Shown piece by piece: positions 39,399-50,602 of a stretch of 64,000 nucleotides of DNA. Each line of letters opens with the position of its first letter. The stretch's first letter is position 1. Below the pieces are notes generated by a model. That model was not told the DNA's origin. It worked only from the letters and a program-made list of their open reading frames with translations, and did no database searches. The position numbers were made by a program, and so were the translations under genes. This stretch comes from Massalongia carnosa (Eukaryota), in NCBI GenBank assembly GCA_965645245.1, contig OZ287070.1:1674001-1738000 (forward strand), read 5' to 3'.

Positions 39399-40753
39399 AT
39401 GTCAACAACAACAACAACAACAACAACAACACCGCCAATCGCCTCCCTCCCGGCCGAAGTCCTCTTCCAGATCCTGCACCGCGCCGCCCTGCTCGCCCTC
39501 CGCGAAAATCCCACCTACACCTACGGCCTAAGCCGCTGCTCGGCAGGCCTGGACAAATCCCCCGTCGCGCATCTGGTGCTCGGGGCGGCGCCGAGCCCGG
39601 ACGCTCGGCGCTGGGCTGCGACCGGTGCTATCCGCCGCGTGAGCCGGTCTTGGAGTGCGTGGGCGTGCCGCTGGGCTTTGGGGACGCTGTTTGTGTGCAA
39701 GGGGAAGGGGGGTGAGAGGTTCGTTCGTACCTATCTACCTGCCTGCCTAGCCAAAACCCCCAGTCTCCGTTCTTTCGTTCCTCTCTTGCTGCCTGGGAAG
39801 GGAGAATCCTGGCGAGAGCTAACGATGAATTGGCAAAACTCCAAAGATGGCTCGAGGCGCCGCTGCTGGCTACTTTGCGAACGGAGCCGGTGGGGATAGC
39901 CGTCTACCGCGACCCCTGCGCCTCTCTCTGCCGGACCGTGCAGGTTTTCTCCCAATGCCCGCAATTGGCATCGTGCGTGCGCAGGGTCTGGCTGGATGGG
40001 TCGTTCCACAGCTTCGATTCCACCGTCTTGATCTTCCGTCTTCTCCTCTGCTTGCCATCGCTGCAGACTCTCACTCTTCCATGGACCGCGCTCCGTCACG
40101 GCACCGCCGAGCAATGGCGCCAGCTGCTTGCCGCCTCCCTCACATCCCTCGAGTTCCTCGCCATTGACGTAAAAGTCTCGCCAACCGCCCGCACCAATAA
40201 CGAGCAAATCGACAACCACCCCCTTGAGTCGCAAACCCTCGATTTCGCGCCCCTGCGCCGCCTGAAAATCCACGGCGATTCCAACCATCAGCCACTCTGC
40301 GACGCGGACCTCCTCGCCATCGCCCGCACCGCGCGGAACCTGCGCGAACTGCATGTTACTGCCACCGCATCGGTGAGCATCGAGGGCATCATGGTTCTCG
40401 TAGATGCCTCAGCCGCGACTTTGCACGTTTTGGAGTACTCCCCTCCTCCTCCTCCTCCTCCTCCTCCTCCTCCTCCTCCTCCTCCTCCTCCTCCTCCTCC
40501 TCCTCCTCCTCCTCCTCCTCCTCCTCCTCCTCCCTCGCTCGAGCCCTCGGCCGGTGCTGGCTTCGGCAACGCATCAGGAACGGACGCGGAAGGTCACCTG
40601 TGCGCAAGACTGCGACGGTGCGACCGGCTAATGGAGCTAATTGTGCCGCTTGCTTTGATCGGTGCTGGAAGGGAGGGAGGTGAGGGCTCGGCGTGTAAAG
40701 GGCAAGGGTGTTTCGGGGATGGGGGAAGGGGCGTGAAGGTTTTTCCTGGTTGA
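39399..40753 (+). CDS. F-box-like/LRR-like hypothetical protein with poly-Thr and poly-Pro tracts
   Basis: N-terminal IASLPAEVLFQIL (F-box-like) and LRR-like repeats (LPSLQTLTLPW, LRRLKIHG, LRELHVT). Probable intron ~39719-39846. Confidence 0.65.
40442..40531 (+). repeat. (CCT)30 microsatellite, in frame, encoding poly-Pro
   Basis: 90 bp of perfect CCT followed by CCC, giving 31 Pro. Confidence 0.95.
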
Positions 40754-41618
40754 GCTTGGGGAAAGGGGGATAGTTGGGTTGTAGGTTAATGACGAATATG
40801 AAAGAAACTAGAATTATAGAGAAAATGTGTGCTCATGTCTAGAACAGAATGAAATAGATTTATGTAATAGGGAGTAATTGATGATGCTAGCGTGTTGTGC
40901 TTAACCTTTTCGTCCTCTTGTTCCCCTCCATGACCAACTCAAATTCCGCCACTCACGCCATGCTCATTCAGTCATAAACGCAAAAGGAAAAAGAAACCCC
41001 CCTCTCCCAGAACCCGAAGGTTTATAAAATCAAGCTGTACCTACATACAGAGCAACCACGTATGTACATACCCGTCTCCAGCCGTCTCCAACCGAGAAAG
41101 TGGGCTATGTACTCTGTATATTGAAACATACGTATCGATCTCAAGGACCAGGGAGTTTTAGTTATCCAGAAGCCACTCAAGAGGCGACATGTGGGATGCG
41201 GGGTGGTTGGGTTGAACAGTCAAGGTCGGTGGGTGGCGGGATGAGGGTCATCGATGAGGATGGCAGTTGAGGCGATTCGTTGACGGGCATAACCCGAAAG
41301 GAAAACCGTTGAGGTTGGTTGGGGGTAGGGCTCCGATTTGAAAAGAACACTGAAAGTTTGCCTAACCCGATCGGGCGAAACTTTCACTGTCATCTTCATG
41401 AGTGAAACTTTCATGGATTATTTACAGGGGGGGAGGGGGTGGGTAGGGAGGTGCGGAAAGGGGGAAAAGCGGGGAAAAGTCAGCAAATAGTAAACTTAAA
41501 AAGTACGTAATTTTGCCGGTCATCGTCATACAATTAATTGTATGTATTTCTACTTATTCAACCCATGATCTCGCTGAATCGCCTCCTATTTCTTGACTGG
41601 CCGGACATTTCGATGACG

Positions 41619-43552
41619 TCAAGGACTCCTGAATGACAATTTCATCCTGCAGCAATCTGTCTTCCATTTCACATAGATCGCTTTCGTCAATGTCGATGCC
41701 AGCAAATTGTAACTTCTTTTTGATATCCCAGGTCGGTTGAGGGTACGCTCATTCATGTAGATAAACATGAGTTTATCTACGCTTATCGAGCTCATGGAAT
41801 TGCGCGTTTTATTCATGATCAGATTCATTACCGACCAGCTTCTTTCGGCCAATACCGAATTACCAGGAAGTTTCATCACCTTTCTGGCTAAGCTGCTAAG
41901 GGTTGATGCAAAATTTCTGCTGAATGTCCAAAACAGCTCCGGATCCATTTGATACGTCCAGCATTCGGAGCTTGTATGAAAGCCATCTTCTTGATCGCGA
42001 AATGCGAGCCATTGCTTCATGGCAGTAGCTGCCTCTGCACTAGTCAGATGTTGATTGAAAAATCTATGCATTAGCGGAGCAAATGTCGGCTCCGTAGATA
42101 CGCCAAGCACCTTTATAGCATGATTCTGAGGAAGCAAAAGAGCTGCTACCACATGAAGCTCAGTAATCTGACTGAGATATCTGTCTTCCCAAATCACCTG
42201 AGCAATGTGATTCAAATCCGTCTCGTCGTCTTCATTGGCAGCCATTGAATATAGATGAGATCGAATCTTATTCCAGGTGTTGGCTATGGTATAAAGTTTA
42301 TGCTCTTCGGCCTCGGACATGTATTGAAACTGATGTATGGGATCCATCACTTTCTTGACAATGGTCAGCTTTTTCCAAAAAGAAAAGTCATTGACGAAGC
42401 TTCTCAAAGAATTCTTTCTTCCCTGATCAATGCCGGGATTCTTTTGTTGAAAATAATCCAATAAGGCCTGCTGATTCCTGAGGACTGAGTTTAATAAGCC
42501 TATCGTCGTTCCCCATCTGGTAAGAACGTTAAGAATCAATGAACGACGTTGTTGATAGGCCTAGAAGTTTGATCATCAGAAAGGTTGGTCATCAGAAAGT
42601 TTAATAATTCAAGAATTTGGCATACCTTCATTTGATAACCCCTTAAAATGGACATTTCCTTATTCGACCCCCGAAAGCTGGTTACTATCAATTGTGCCTT
42701 TTCTATAACCTCCGAAAAGAATGGAAATTTCAGTATGTCTCCCATCAGCAATTGCAGACCATGACTGTCGCAGGGAACGAAAAACACGTGTTTCATCTCT
42801 GGAAATTTTGCTATCTCCGTCCACATAGCCTTCATGGTTGCACACGTATCAGTGGCAATGCAATTGATTCTCCAAAGCTGATCGTTGGTTGCTTCCCTAC
42901 AACCTTTTATCACCCATTGAGCTTGAACGACAGCACTCATCTTCTCGGCAACACCAGCATCAGCTTTCAATTGAAATCCTCCTCCATTGGAGGTGGCGGA
43001 CGGGGGAACATGACAACAGAGATTTATAACACGTTCTTTTCGAATGTTGGCTGTCTCGTCAGTGAAGAAGTTCAGGTAATTAGAAGCATTCAATTCCTTG
43101 ATAACTTTCGATTTAACGATGCCATAGATTTCGTCCAACAGCTTGCCAGCAACAAGGCCAGAATGAGGAGGTTTATAGCCCGGATTAAGTGCCTGATGAT
43201 GAGCAATAACGTACGGATTTTCGAAGTGGTTAAATGGCAGATTTGTCATATAGACAGACATCGCAGCTGCTCGATGTGCTGATGCAATTTGGGCTTGATT
43301 AAGGGGACGAATCAACGTAGTGATGGGCAGTTGAATAGAGGCATTACTGAGAATACCCTTCTGTTTTCTAGCTTTCTCTTTTTGATAGGCATCACATTGA
43401 TTTAGATGCTGTTGTCCCCTAGCAGCATTTCTGGTTGATTGATGACCGCAATGAATGCATTGATGTTGAGGATTTTTTAAGCCCTCAGTAATGATATCCT
43501 TGAAATTCTCATCTACCAGGTGATTTTTCTGACGTCCACCTCGTTGAGACAT
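41619..43552 (-). CDS. hAT transposase (2 exons)
   Basis: BED-like finger QCIHC..HLNQC, FFTDET, ATDT, CDSH (CxxH), TRW and AERSWS. Phase-0 intron 42625-42561 (GTATGC..TAG) joins the two ORFs. Confidence 0.88.
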
Positions 43553-43637
43553 AATAGATGATAATAGAAAGATTCCTGATTATAAGTGCAATTACCTAGT
43601 AAATCGAGGTACTCCGATATTCTACTAATTGTCGTAT

Positions 43638-45802
43638 CCCTCTCGCTGTCATTCTAGCACCCCCCTCCCAAGCTAATCTATATTGGACTAGCTTCCGCAC
43701 CGATGAGTCATCAGAACATTAGTTTTCTCTAGAGTGTTTGCGCGTTTGTTTACTTTTCAAAGAATACTATTCGGTCATTCAATCAAAATAAATCACATAA
43801 ATTACTATTCTTCTAGCTTCGGAATTGATATTATAAGTATGACGCTCAATGAAGAAGAGATCCCGAGTGTATCAGACAAATCTCCCATTTCAGCGAAGCA
43901 ACATAAAATAAATCGCAAAAGAAGTGTTCGGGATATTTTAATCGACCTTCCCCCTATTTCCTCAAAATATACCCCCATTCGGGTTGAAAACAGGCCTTTT
44001 GTTCCGCTCGTTGAAAACGATTCTCGAAATCCTTTGGGATTATTTCGGTTATTTATAACAAGGCAGCATTGTCGTATCATCGCAAATCATACCAATATCA
44101 AGGCAAATAACTACATGGAAAAGGAGAAGGAGAACAATCATCGGGTTTGGACTGACACTACTGACTCGGAAATTGAGGTTTTTTTGGGCATATTAATTCT
44201 TATGGGACTCGATCATCTACCTGCTACAGAGGATTATTGGAATCAACGTCCTGACAAACCAGTTATCATGCCTATTCTGTCCGCGATGTCGCTTGGTCGA
44301 TTTCAACAAATCAAACGATTTTTGAAAATCAATAATGGACAGACTGAGCCTATCGGACTTGGTCAAGGACCTGATTGGTGGAAGAAACTGGAACCGTTGG
44401 CTACTGATTTCCGAAAGACTTCATTGAAACATTGCAGACCAGGAAGTATGATATCTATAGATGAACAGCTGGTGTTATTCAAGGGCCGTTCTCGACATAC
44501 CTTGCAGATTACTACAAAAAGTGCCCATAAAGGATTTAAAATCTACAGTCTCTGTCAGGATAATTATCTGTTGTCATTTATGTTTGCCTCGAAGAGTAGC
44601 AGAATAAGTGAATTGAAAACAGTCAGACAATTGGGATTTTTGCCAAAAGATAAACTAACTCCTAGTGCTTTGCTAGTGATTCAGTTATGTAAAGAACTTC
44701 CATCCTCACTGAATTATCATCTTTTCTGTGATAATTTCTTTACTAGTACGAAATTATTCAAGGCACTTCGATCAATCGGAATAGCTGCCAGTGGAACTGC
44801 TAAAAAGGGCTCGGGCTTTCCAGAAGAATTGTTGGCCATACGGGACGTCACTTCAAAAGGAAAAGACTGGGGTCTTCAGGCCCATATGGTGGTCGACGAT
44901 AAGGTGCTTTGTATGGGCTGGGTGGATAATAATGGTGTGCAGTACATGACCACCGGTCATTCTCCTCAGGACTTGTACGAAATGCACTATATAAATCCGC
45001 ACAAGAGATATGGAATTCCCGAGACCTCTCTTCAACCTATTGTATCGTATTTCCCATCAACTCTGGCTCACTCCATTCCCTTGCTCAATCAAGAGGTTCA
45101 ACGGCCCTTAGGATTACCGATACCAGCCCCAATCAAAGAATATAATCTTCATATGGGGGGATCGGATGGAAACGCTCAGCAACGAGCGATTTACTCATAC
45201 AATCGTCGAACGGATCGTTACTGGTGGCCTTTGTTCATTTTTATTTTAGATGCAGCCGGATTGAATGCCTATAAACTTTACTCGCTGAACTCTTTCGATT
45301 CCGAGGAGATAAAATTTACTCGTTCTGAATTTCCTCGTCGGATTGCTCTTGAACTGATATCAAATCAAGCGGGCATCAGGCCCGGCTCATCAAAGATAAG
45401 CATCAATACCACGATTGATGCTTTAGTACCATCTCCCATTCATCATTACGTTCGTCTTGAAGGCAGAAAAAGATGTGTGCAATGTAACGCCGAGAAAAAA
45501 CGACCTTCAAAGCGGAAGGGAGAGCCACTGGCTGAAATAAGTGTCGATGGGCGTAAAAGAAGGCGAAGGGGTGCTCAGACTATATGGGCTTGTGGAGGAT
45601 GTAATCCAATCAGGCCCTGCTGTAAGAAAGCCAGCTGTTGGGAAGCTATTCATATGATAGGGGACGAGTAAATAGGTATCTGATACTCCGTACAACTTCT
45701 TGTGAATAGGAATAACATTGATTGGTCAAAAGTTTAAGGTTTAGCGCTTTCTAACCAACAATGGTTTAGCTTGGGGGGGGTGCTAGAATGACAGCGAGAG
45801 GG
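43638..45802 (+). mobile_element. piggyBac-like DNA transposon nested in the hAT 5' region
   Basis: TIRs CCCTCTCGCTGTCATTCTAGCACCCCCC (28 bp perfect, extending imperfectly to ~38 bp) at both ends, with CCC..GGG termini. Flanks are GTAT and ATAA, not TTAA. Confidence 0.9.
43839..45671 (+). CDS. piggyBac-family (PGBD-like) transposase, intact, 610 aa
   Basis: DDD triad motifs SIDE..FKGR, DNFFTS and YNxHMGGSD, then RYWWPLF and a Cys-rich C-terminal domain (CVQC..CGGC..CC..C..H). Confidence 0.9.
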   Translation: MTLNEEEIPSVSDKSPISAKQHKINRKRSVRDILIDLPPISSKYTPIRVENRPFVPLVENDSRNPLGLFRLFITRQHCRIIANHTNIKANNYMEKEKENNHRVWTDTTDSEIEVFLGILILMGLDHLPATEDYWNQRPDKPVIMPILSAMSLGRFQQIKRFLKINNGQTEPIGLGQGPDWWKKLEPLATDFRKTSLKHCRPGSMISIDEQLVLFKGRSRHTLQITTKSAHKGFKIYSLCQDNYLLSFMFASKSSRISELKTVRQLGFLPKDKLTPSALLVIQLCKELPSSLNYHLFCDNFFTSTKLFKALRSIGIAASGTAKKGSGFPEELLAIRDVTSKGKDWGLQAHMVVDDKVLCMGWVDNNGVQYMTTGHSPQDLYEMHYINPHKRYGIPETSLQPIVSYFPSTLAHSIPLLNQEVQRPLGLPIPAPIKEYNLHMGGSDGNAQQRAIYSYNRRTDRYWWPLFIFILDAAGLNAYKLYSLNSFDSEEIKFTRSEFPRRIALELISNQAGIRPGSSKISINTTIDALVPSPIHHYVRLEGRKRCVQCNAEKKRPSKRKGEPLAEISVDGRKRRRRGAQTIWACGGCNPIRPCCKKASCWEAIHMIGDE

Positions 45803-47681
45803 ATAAGTTATGTGTGCTTAGGTAATTAATTTCCAAAAATTCAGGGTCCATGTCAGCACGTGATGAATTTTTCGTGTCATCTTGCGAAATTTTCGGAGCC
45901 CTAGTTGGGGGAGAGGGAGCGACAACGGTTAGCCGAGAAGTGTTAGGTTGGAGACGGGTCAGGTGACTTGATATTTCCCGCTAACTCCAGTACAGAGCCA
46001 GTCTCCTTGTGTCTCGTTTAACCACCGCCACCGCCGTCGCCGTCGCCCGAAGTGGAAACTGTGGGCTTCTAGGTTCGGTGACCTGAGGCCTCCGCCTCAG
46101 CTCCTCGAACAATAGCTCCTTAGGAAATATCGATGGCCTATAACCTTCATGATGATGCTAGAGAAGATACAACCCAAATTCCGTCCATATACTGTCGATT
46201 AACCATCGTGTCGTGGGGAAGCCCATCGGGAAGCCTCTTGCTCCTTGTTCGATGCTTCAGTTGAGCTATCTGGTCCCTCACGACCTGAGCGACATTCTCC
46301 GATCGTGTCTCCAAGCCGGTCATTTTCTCCCATCTCTCCGTAATATATTAGTTTATGTGGAAAGGAAAATCCCGAGTTTCTGGTCGATTTGGCGGTCGCT
46401 TTGCGCCGCTGCGGGAGCCGGGGGTTCCGGTGGTTCTTTTCCTTTGTTCATGCGTATGGAGACTGCCCTAAGTGACTGCCGGGGGCTTGTGGATGGCTTT
46501 TCTAAAAATCGGCTATGGGCTCTTGGCGCGGTCGGTGGGCTTGGGAGCAAGCGTGTGGGCGAGAGTGAGGAGCCCAGAGACATCTTAGTAGTGTGTGAAA
46601 GATTGTTAAGAGAGAATACTATGCTTTTGAGGGAGCTAAAGCGGACATTTGAGGAGTTTACAGGCCGATGATAGACGACTAGGTAAGGGTCTGGTCATTG
46701 TCCTGATAGGATGCTATGCTTCGATGGTATTCAAGCAGACATTTGGGCGGTTTATATACCTTTTGGATGCCAGCATGGCAATACTGGTGTGGCTTGTGGA
46801 GCCGTGAATCCCACTCCGAAAAAGTCGTCCGTGGTCACAGCATATCATTCACTCCTTCATGCTACGAAATGACTTGCACGATCATCAGCCTACTCCATTC
46901 ACTAGAACATGGACTATTTCCCACGCCCCATACATCGGCAAGTTCTTGATCCTAGAGCTAGCTCTATTACCCCGGCTTTATTTCTTTTTTAACGGTGAAA
47001 TACAGTAAAGGGGCTACATGCAGTGGATAAGAGATTGCGCCATGGGTTCATGGGAGCAATACGAAACATCGTATTAATGGACATACAGGATCCTTGATCT
47101 TATAGTGGAAGGTTCATCTAACGATTATTTGATACAAAGTCTTATGGGTTGAAAGATATTATCCAGGATTGAGGTTTGACGAAAGAGCAGAGCAAACATC
47201 AAAAAGCTATGAAATCTGGTCGAGAAAAATCCTGATTTAACAGGGGGGGTTTTTGGGGAACTTTGGTCTGGTTTGCTTGTCTACAAACTCGTCTCATAAT
47301 CAACAAATCACTTCAGAGTCTTTTAAATATGGTTTGATAGGTCAGACCTCTAGTTTGAGTAAAAAGCAACCGTTCTGAACAGGATTTTCTAGCTAGGGGT
47401 TCTTTTTTTTACAAGCATGACCAAAATATAATCTCGGGTGCTATGGTCCACCAGGTTGTCTATAAACAGTTGACAACTTAACACCTTGTTGGAAGAGACC
47501 GAAAGCAGAACATCATCGCCTACAAAACCAAAGCTGCTCCTCACATCCTTAGGTGCTTTCCGGTTTGAAGTGGTTCAGGGAGCTATAGGGTAATGCTATT
47601 TTCGGTGGTATTCTTACTAAATTTTAGCTCGAATCTATGGAGTACATATTACTCCATCGCATCTTTCCTCGTCCAAGAGGT

Positions 47682-48119
47682 TTATATCACCTTAGTTCTA
47701 ATGAGATCCCTTCGCGTTTTGGCTGCGATACATTAGCCATCTTTGAAAATACTACATTGGCCTTGACTGTACAAACCTCGAGTGGAAATAGCGCCGAGGG
47801 TTTCAACCCAATCGGTTATGACTCGGGAATGCTCATTTATGGTACTTCTCATCTGAGCTTGCATAGCTATAAAGTTTTGCCTTAATTCATCTCTAAGAGG
47901 AGATATTGCTGCTAAGTCCGCAGGAACATAAGTGCCTAAAGTCCACGCGTTATGGCACGCTTCTTGTATGGGATGAAGCAGCGTCTTCAGGACTTTGCAG
48001 CTTGCTACAATGGCATCTAATTGGTCTAGGCGCCCTTTGGTGTCTACCCAACTGTCAACCATAGTCTGGATTTCGCCGAAAAATTCGTCTCGGAGAGCCA
48101 CATGTAGCTGAGCCGTCAT
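47682..48119 (-). CDS. Small orphan protein (~127 aa)
   Basis: 128-codon ORF with TATATAAA ~180 bp upstream (~48298-48305, minus strand) and a plausible 54-nt intron at 47776-47723 (GTTTGT..GCTAAT..CAG). No recognisable domain. Confidence 0.4.
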
Positions 48120-48992
48120 ACCGGTCGAAGGCTTTAGGGTTCAAGTTTTGTAGAGTGAGGGGGATGAGGTTCTCTCAGTATCGTATGTGCTTTCTCGAAG
48201 ACTTTCTCTAGGGGAAGGGAGAATGATAGTAGGACTTGGAAGATGGGAAGGATGATCGACGTATAGAGCAAAGTTTCGAATAACAACAGCTAAGGGTTTA
48301 TATATGCCTTAACAACGCTAATCTATCATCACTCGTCCAGAAATCGACAACCCGGAATCCATGCATCACAGGCTTCAGGTGGCACAGTTTCGAGATTCAC
48401 ATCACTGTGTCCCATAGGCGTGTGTGAGATTGTCAAAGCGCTCAAGATTACCGAGTTTTTTAGCCAGAGCAACGAGTCGACGAACTTCCTGCGCAACTCC
48501 TGTTCCATGAATTCCATGGTCAGATGATGAAATCAGTGGACTGCAGCAACGAAAGAGAGAGGAGGAGAGAGCTGGCACGGTTCCTAATTGATGCTGATTA
48601 ACCGAACGGACTTGGAAGACGCAATTCTACAGGCTTAATGTACGGGTCTCTCCACCAGGGAACCCACGGTTTTCGAAATCTGCTCTCTTTGTGTCTGATG
48701 ACTGATACTAGCTCTAGCTACCTAGATGAATCCTGCGCACACGCTGAATTCACACACCACACGGCAGTAGTCCTATCTCCACCCCCACAATTCACCTTAC
48801 AAGAACAGTCAATTCGCCACCTCGATCCGATCCAACCCGAACATATCCAATGCAACCAAGAACTACCACCTGCTAGCAAACGCCTTGCCGCAAGTCCACA
48901 TCAACCTACCACTACCGTCCATTCACCCAGAACGAGACAACTGCCTCCCCTCCCCTTAAAAAAACCGCGCAGCCTCCGCCACTAAACCACTA

Positions 48993-49412
48993 TCAGCAAA
49001 CCCTCTCCCAACCCTTAATCCTCATCCCACCAGACCATTGCAAAAAGATTAACTCACCTCCCAACTCCGCTAGCCGCCTACACTCCTGCAACGCCACCAA
49101 GTTCCTCCCAATGTCCGCCAACTCGGCGGTGCTCCGCGCCAGCATCGAGTCCGTCATGCCGGCGAAGATCCGATGCGTGCCTTCGGCCAGCCCGCCCATG
49201 GCATCCAGCTTGGCGCGGTAGGTGCGGCTTTCCAAGATCGTCCGTGCCGCGAGCGCGTGGACTTGCTGGCACGTGATGTAGGCGGCGGTGCAGCGCTGCA
49301 GGAGGTCGCGCAGGGCCGCGAGCCGCTCTTCCGGGGTGAAGGCTAGGCTGGTGCGCGTGAATTCGATGACGATGCGGAGGTTGGATTCGCTGGGGATGGT
49401 GACTTCGGACAT
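48993..49412 (-). CDS. Small orphan protein (139 aa)
   Basis: GC-rich ORF within low-complexity flanks, with an amphipathic-helix-like pattern. No recognisable domain. Confidence 0.4.
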   Translation of the reverse strand: MSEVTIPSESNLRIVIEFTRTSLAFTPEERLAALRDLLQRCTAAYITCQQVHALAARTILESRTYRAKLDAMGGLAEGTHRIFAGMTDSMLARSTAELADIGRNLVALQECRRLAELGGELIFLQWSGGMRIKGWERVC

Positions 49413-50561
49413 GTTGGGTGGTGGTGGCGATGGTGGTGGCGGTAGGAAGAAAAGGGGCTCAGGGAATTTTTCTGGGTGGAGGTGGAGGTGGAGGTGAGGT
49501 GGTGGAGGATCTTGGATACTCGAAAGCCAAGGTTGAAAGAGATATGTCTTTTAGTTATTATCGCTGAGCCCTTCCTTTTGTGTGTGTACATGTGTGTGTT
49601 CCTAGTTGTACGAGTGTGGCGGAACCCCGGTTTAAAAAGATGTCAAACCACCAGTTGGGTGAGTGAGTTCTTCTCCCCTAGAAAGTATCTTCTCTGTTTT
49701 TGCTGCTGCTGCTGCTACTGCTACTGCCCTTTCCCCCGCTTCTTCTTCTTTTCTTTTCTTTGCCTGACTCATTTCCTTCTTGTCCGACTCAATCCTTTCG
49801 AGAGAGAGAGAGAGACTGTCCTTCACATCCCTGTTTCTGTTTCCGTGGTCATTTTCGTTTTCTTCTTGCGTTAGTTCGTTGGTGGATGGATGGATGGATG
49901 GAGAGACACGTGATCCCGTCAACTAATCAACCATTACTTGGTGAATGAATCTGATTTGGTTTATAGACAGACCTAGATATTTCCAATTTCCAGTTTTCGC
50001 GAACCCCAGCATCTGGGGGTTCTTGTCCATAGACGTGTCGCTTTGCTGTTTGTTCGCAACCGGGGGGGGGGGTGGCTCTCACTTCTTTTTGCCCGTACTC
50101 TCTTTCGTGGTTTGCGAGGTGGGAGTTAGGGGGTTGGTTTAGTCAACCACTGGCTCACTCACTCACTCATTCATTCGTTTAATTCAATGCTATTCAGGTA
50201 AGTATGTATGTAGTATGTATGTTCACAGCGTTATTTCGTATTCACATCTATTCACGTTTTTTTACATGTCATGTCATGTTGTGATTTCTTTTTCTTTTTC
50301 TTCTTCTTCTTCTTCCCTGGGTGGTTAATGTTAGATTTCCGTCTCGCTCTTTTTGCCTTTTTTCTTTTCTTTCAGGTCCTCGGTTTCTCGATCTTTTGAA
50401 ATTTTTTTTAGACCCCCCCCCCTCCTATCAAAATCGAATAATTCCTTAGTCTCAAAAAAGTTGCAAAAACGAAAAAACATTCATCAAAGATATTAGGAAA
50501 AAAAAAGGAAACCTTCAATGACTCGCTTGTCCATCTGTCTGTTTTTTTTGTTCCACTCGAT

Positions 50562-50597
<36 letters not shown>
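50562..50597 (+). repeat. (TGA)12 microsatellite
   Basis: Read directly. Confidence 0.9.

Positions 50598-50602
<5 letters not shown>

Larger units (their letters stand above)
41326..45903 (-). mobile_element. hAT DNA transposon (4578 bp including the nested piggyBac-like element)
   Basis: 11-bp TIRs TAGGGCTCCGA (41326) and TCGGAGCCCTA (45893-45903), with a perfect 8-bp TSD GTTGGGGG at 41318-41325 and 45904-45911. Confidence 0.93.

Noticed and set aside
40288..40631. Poly-G, poly-E and poly-L ORFs
   Set aside because: Alternative frames of the (CCT)30 microsatellite.
42692..43282. 196-aa plus-strand ORF
   Set aside because: Antisense shadow of hAT transposase exon 1.
41070..45958. 12-bp inverted match CCGTCTCCAACC (41082) / GGTTGGAGACGG (45946) outside the hAT, suggesting a host MITE
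   Set aside because: Short, with no TSD and no extension, so it cannot be distinguished from chance without other copies.
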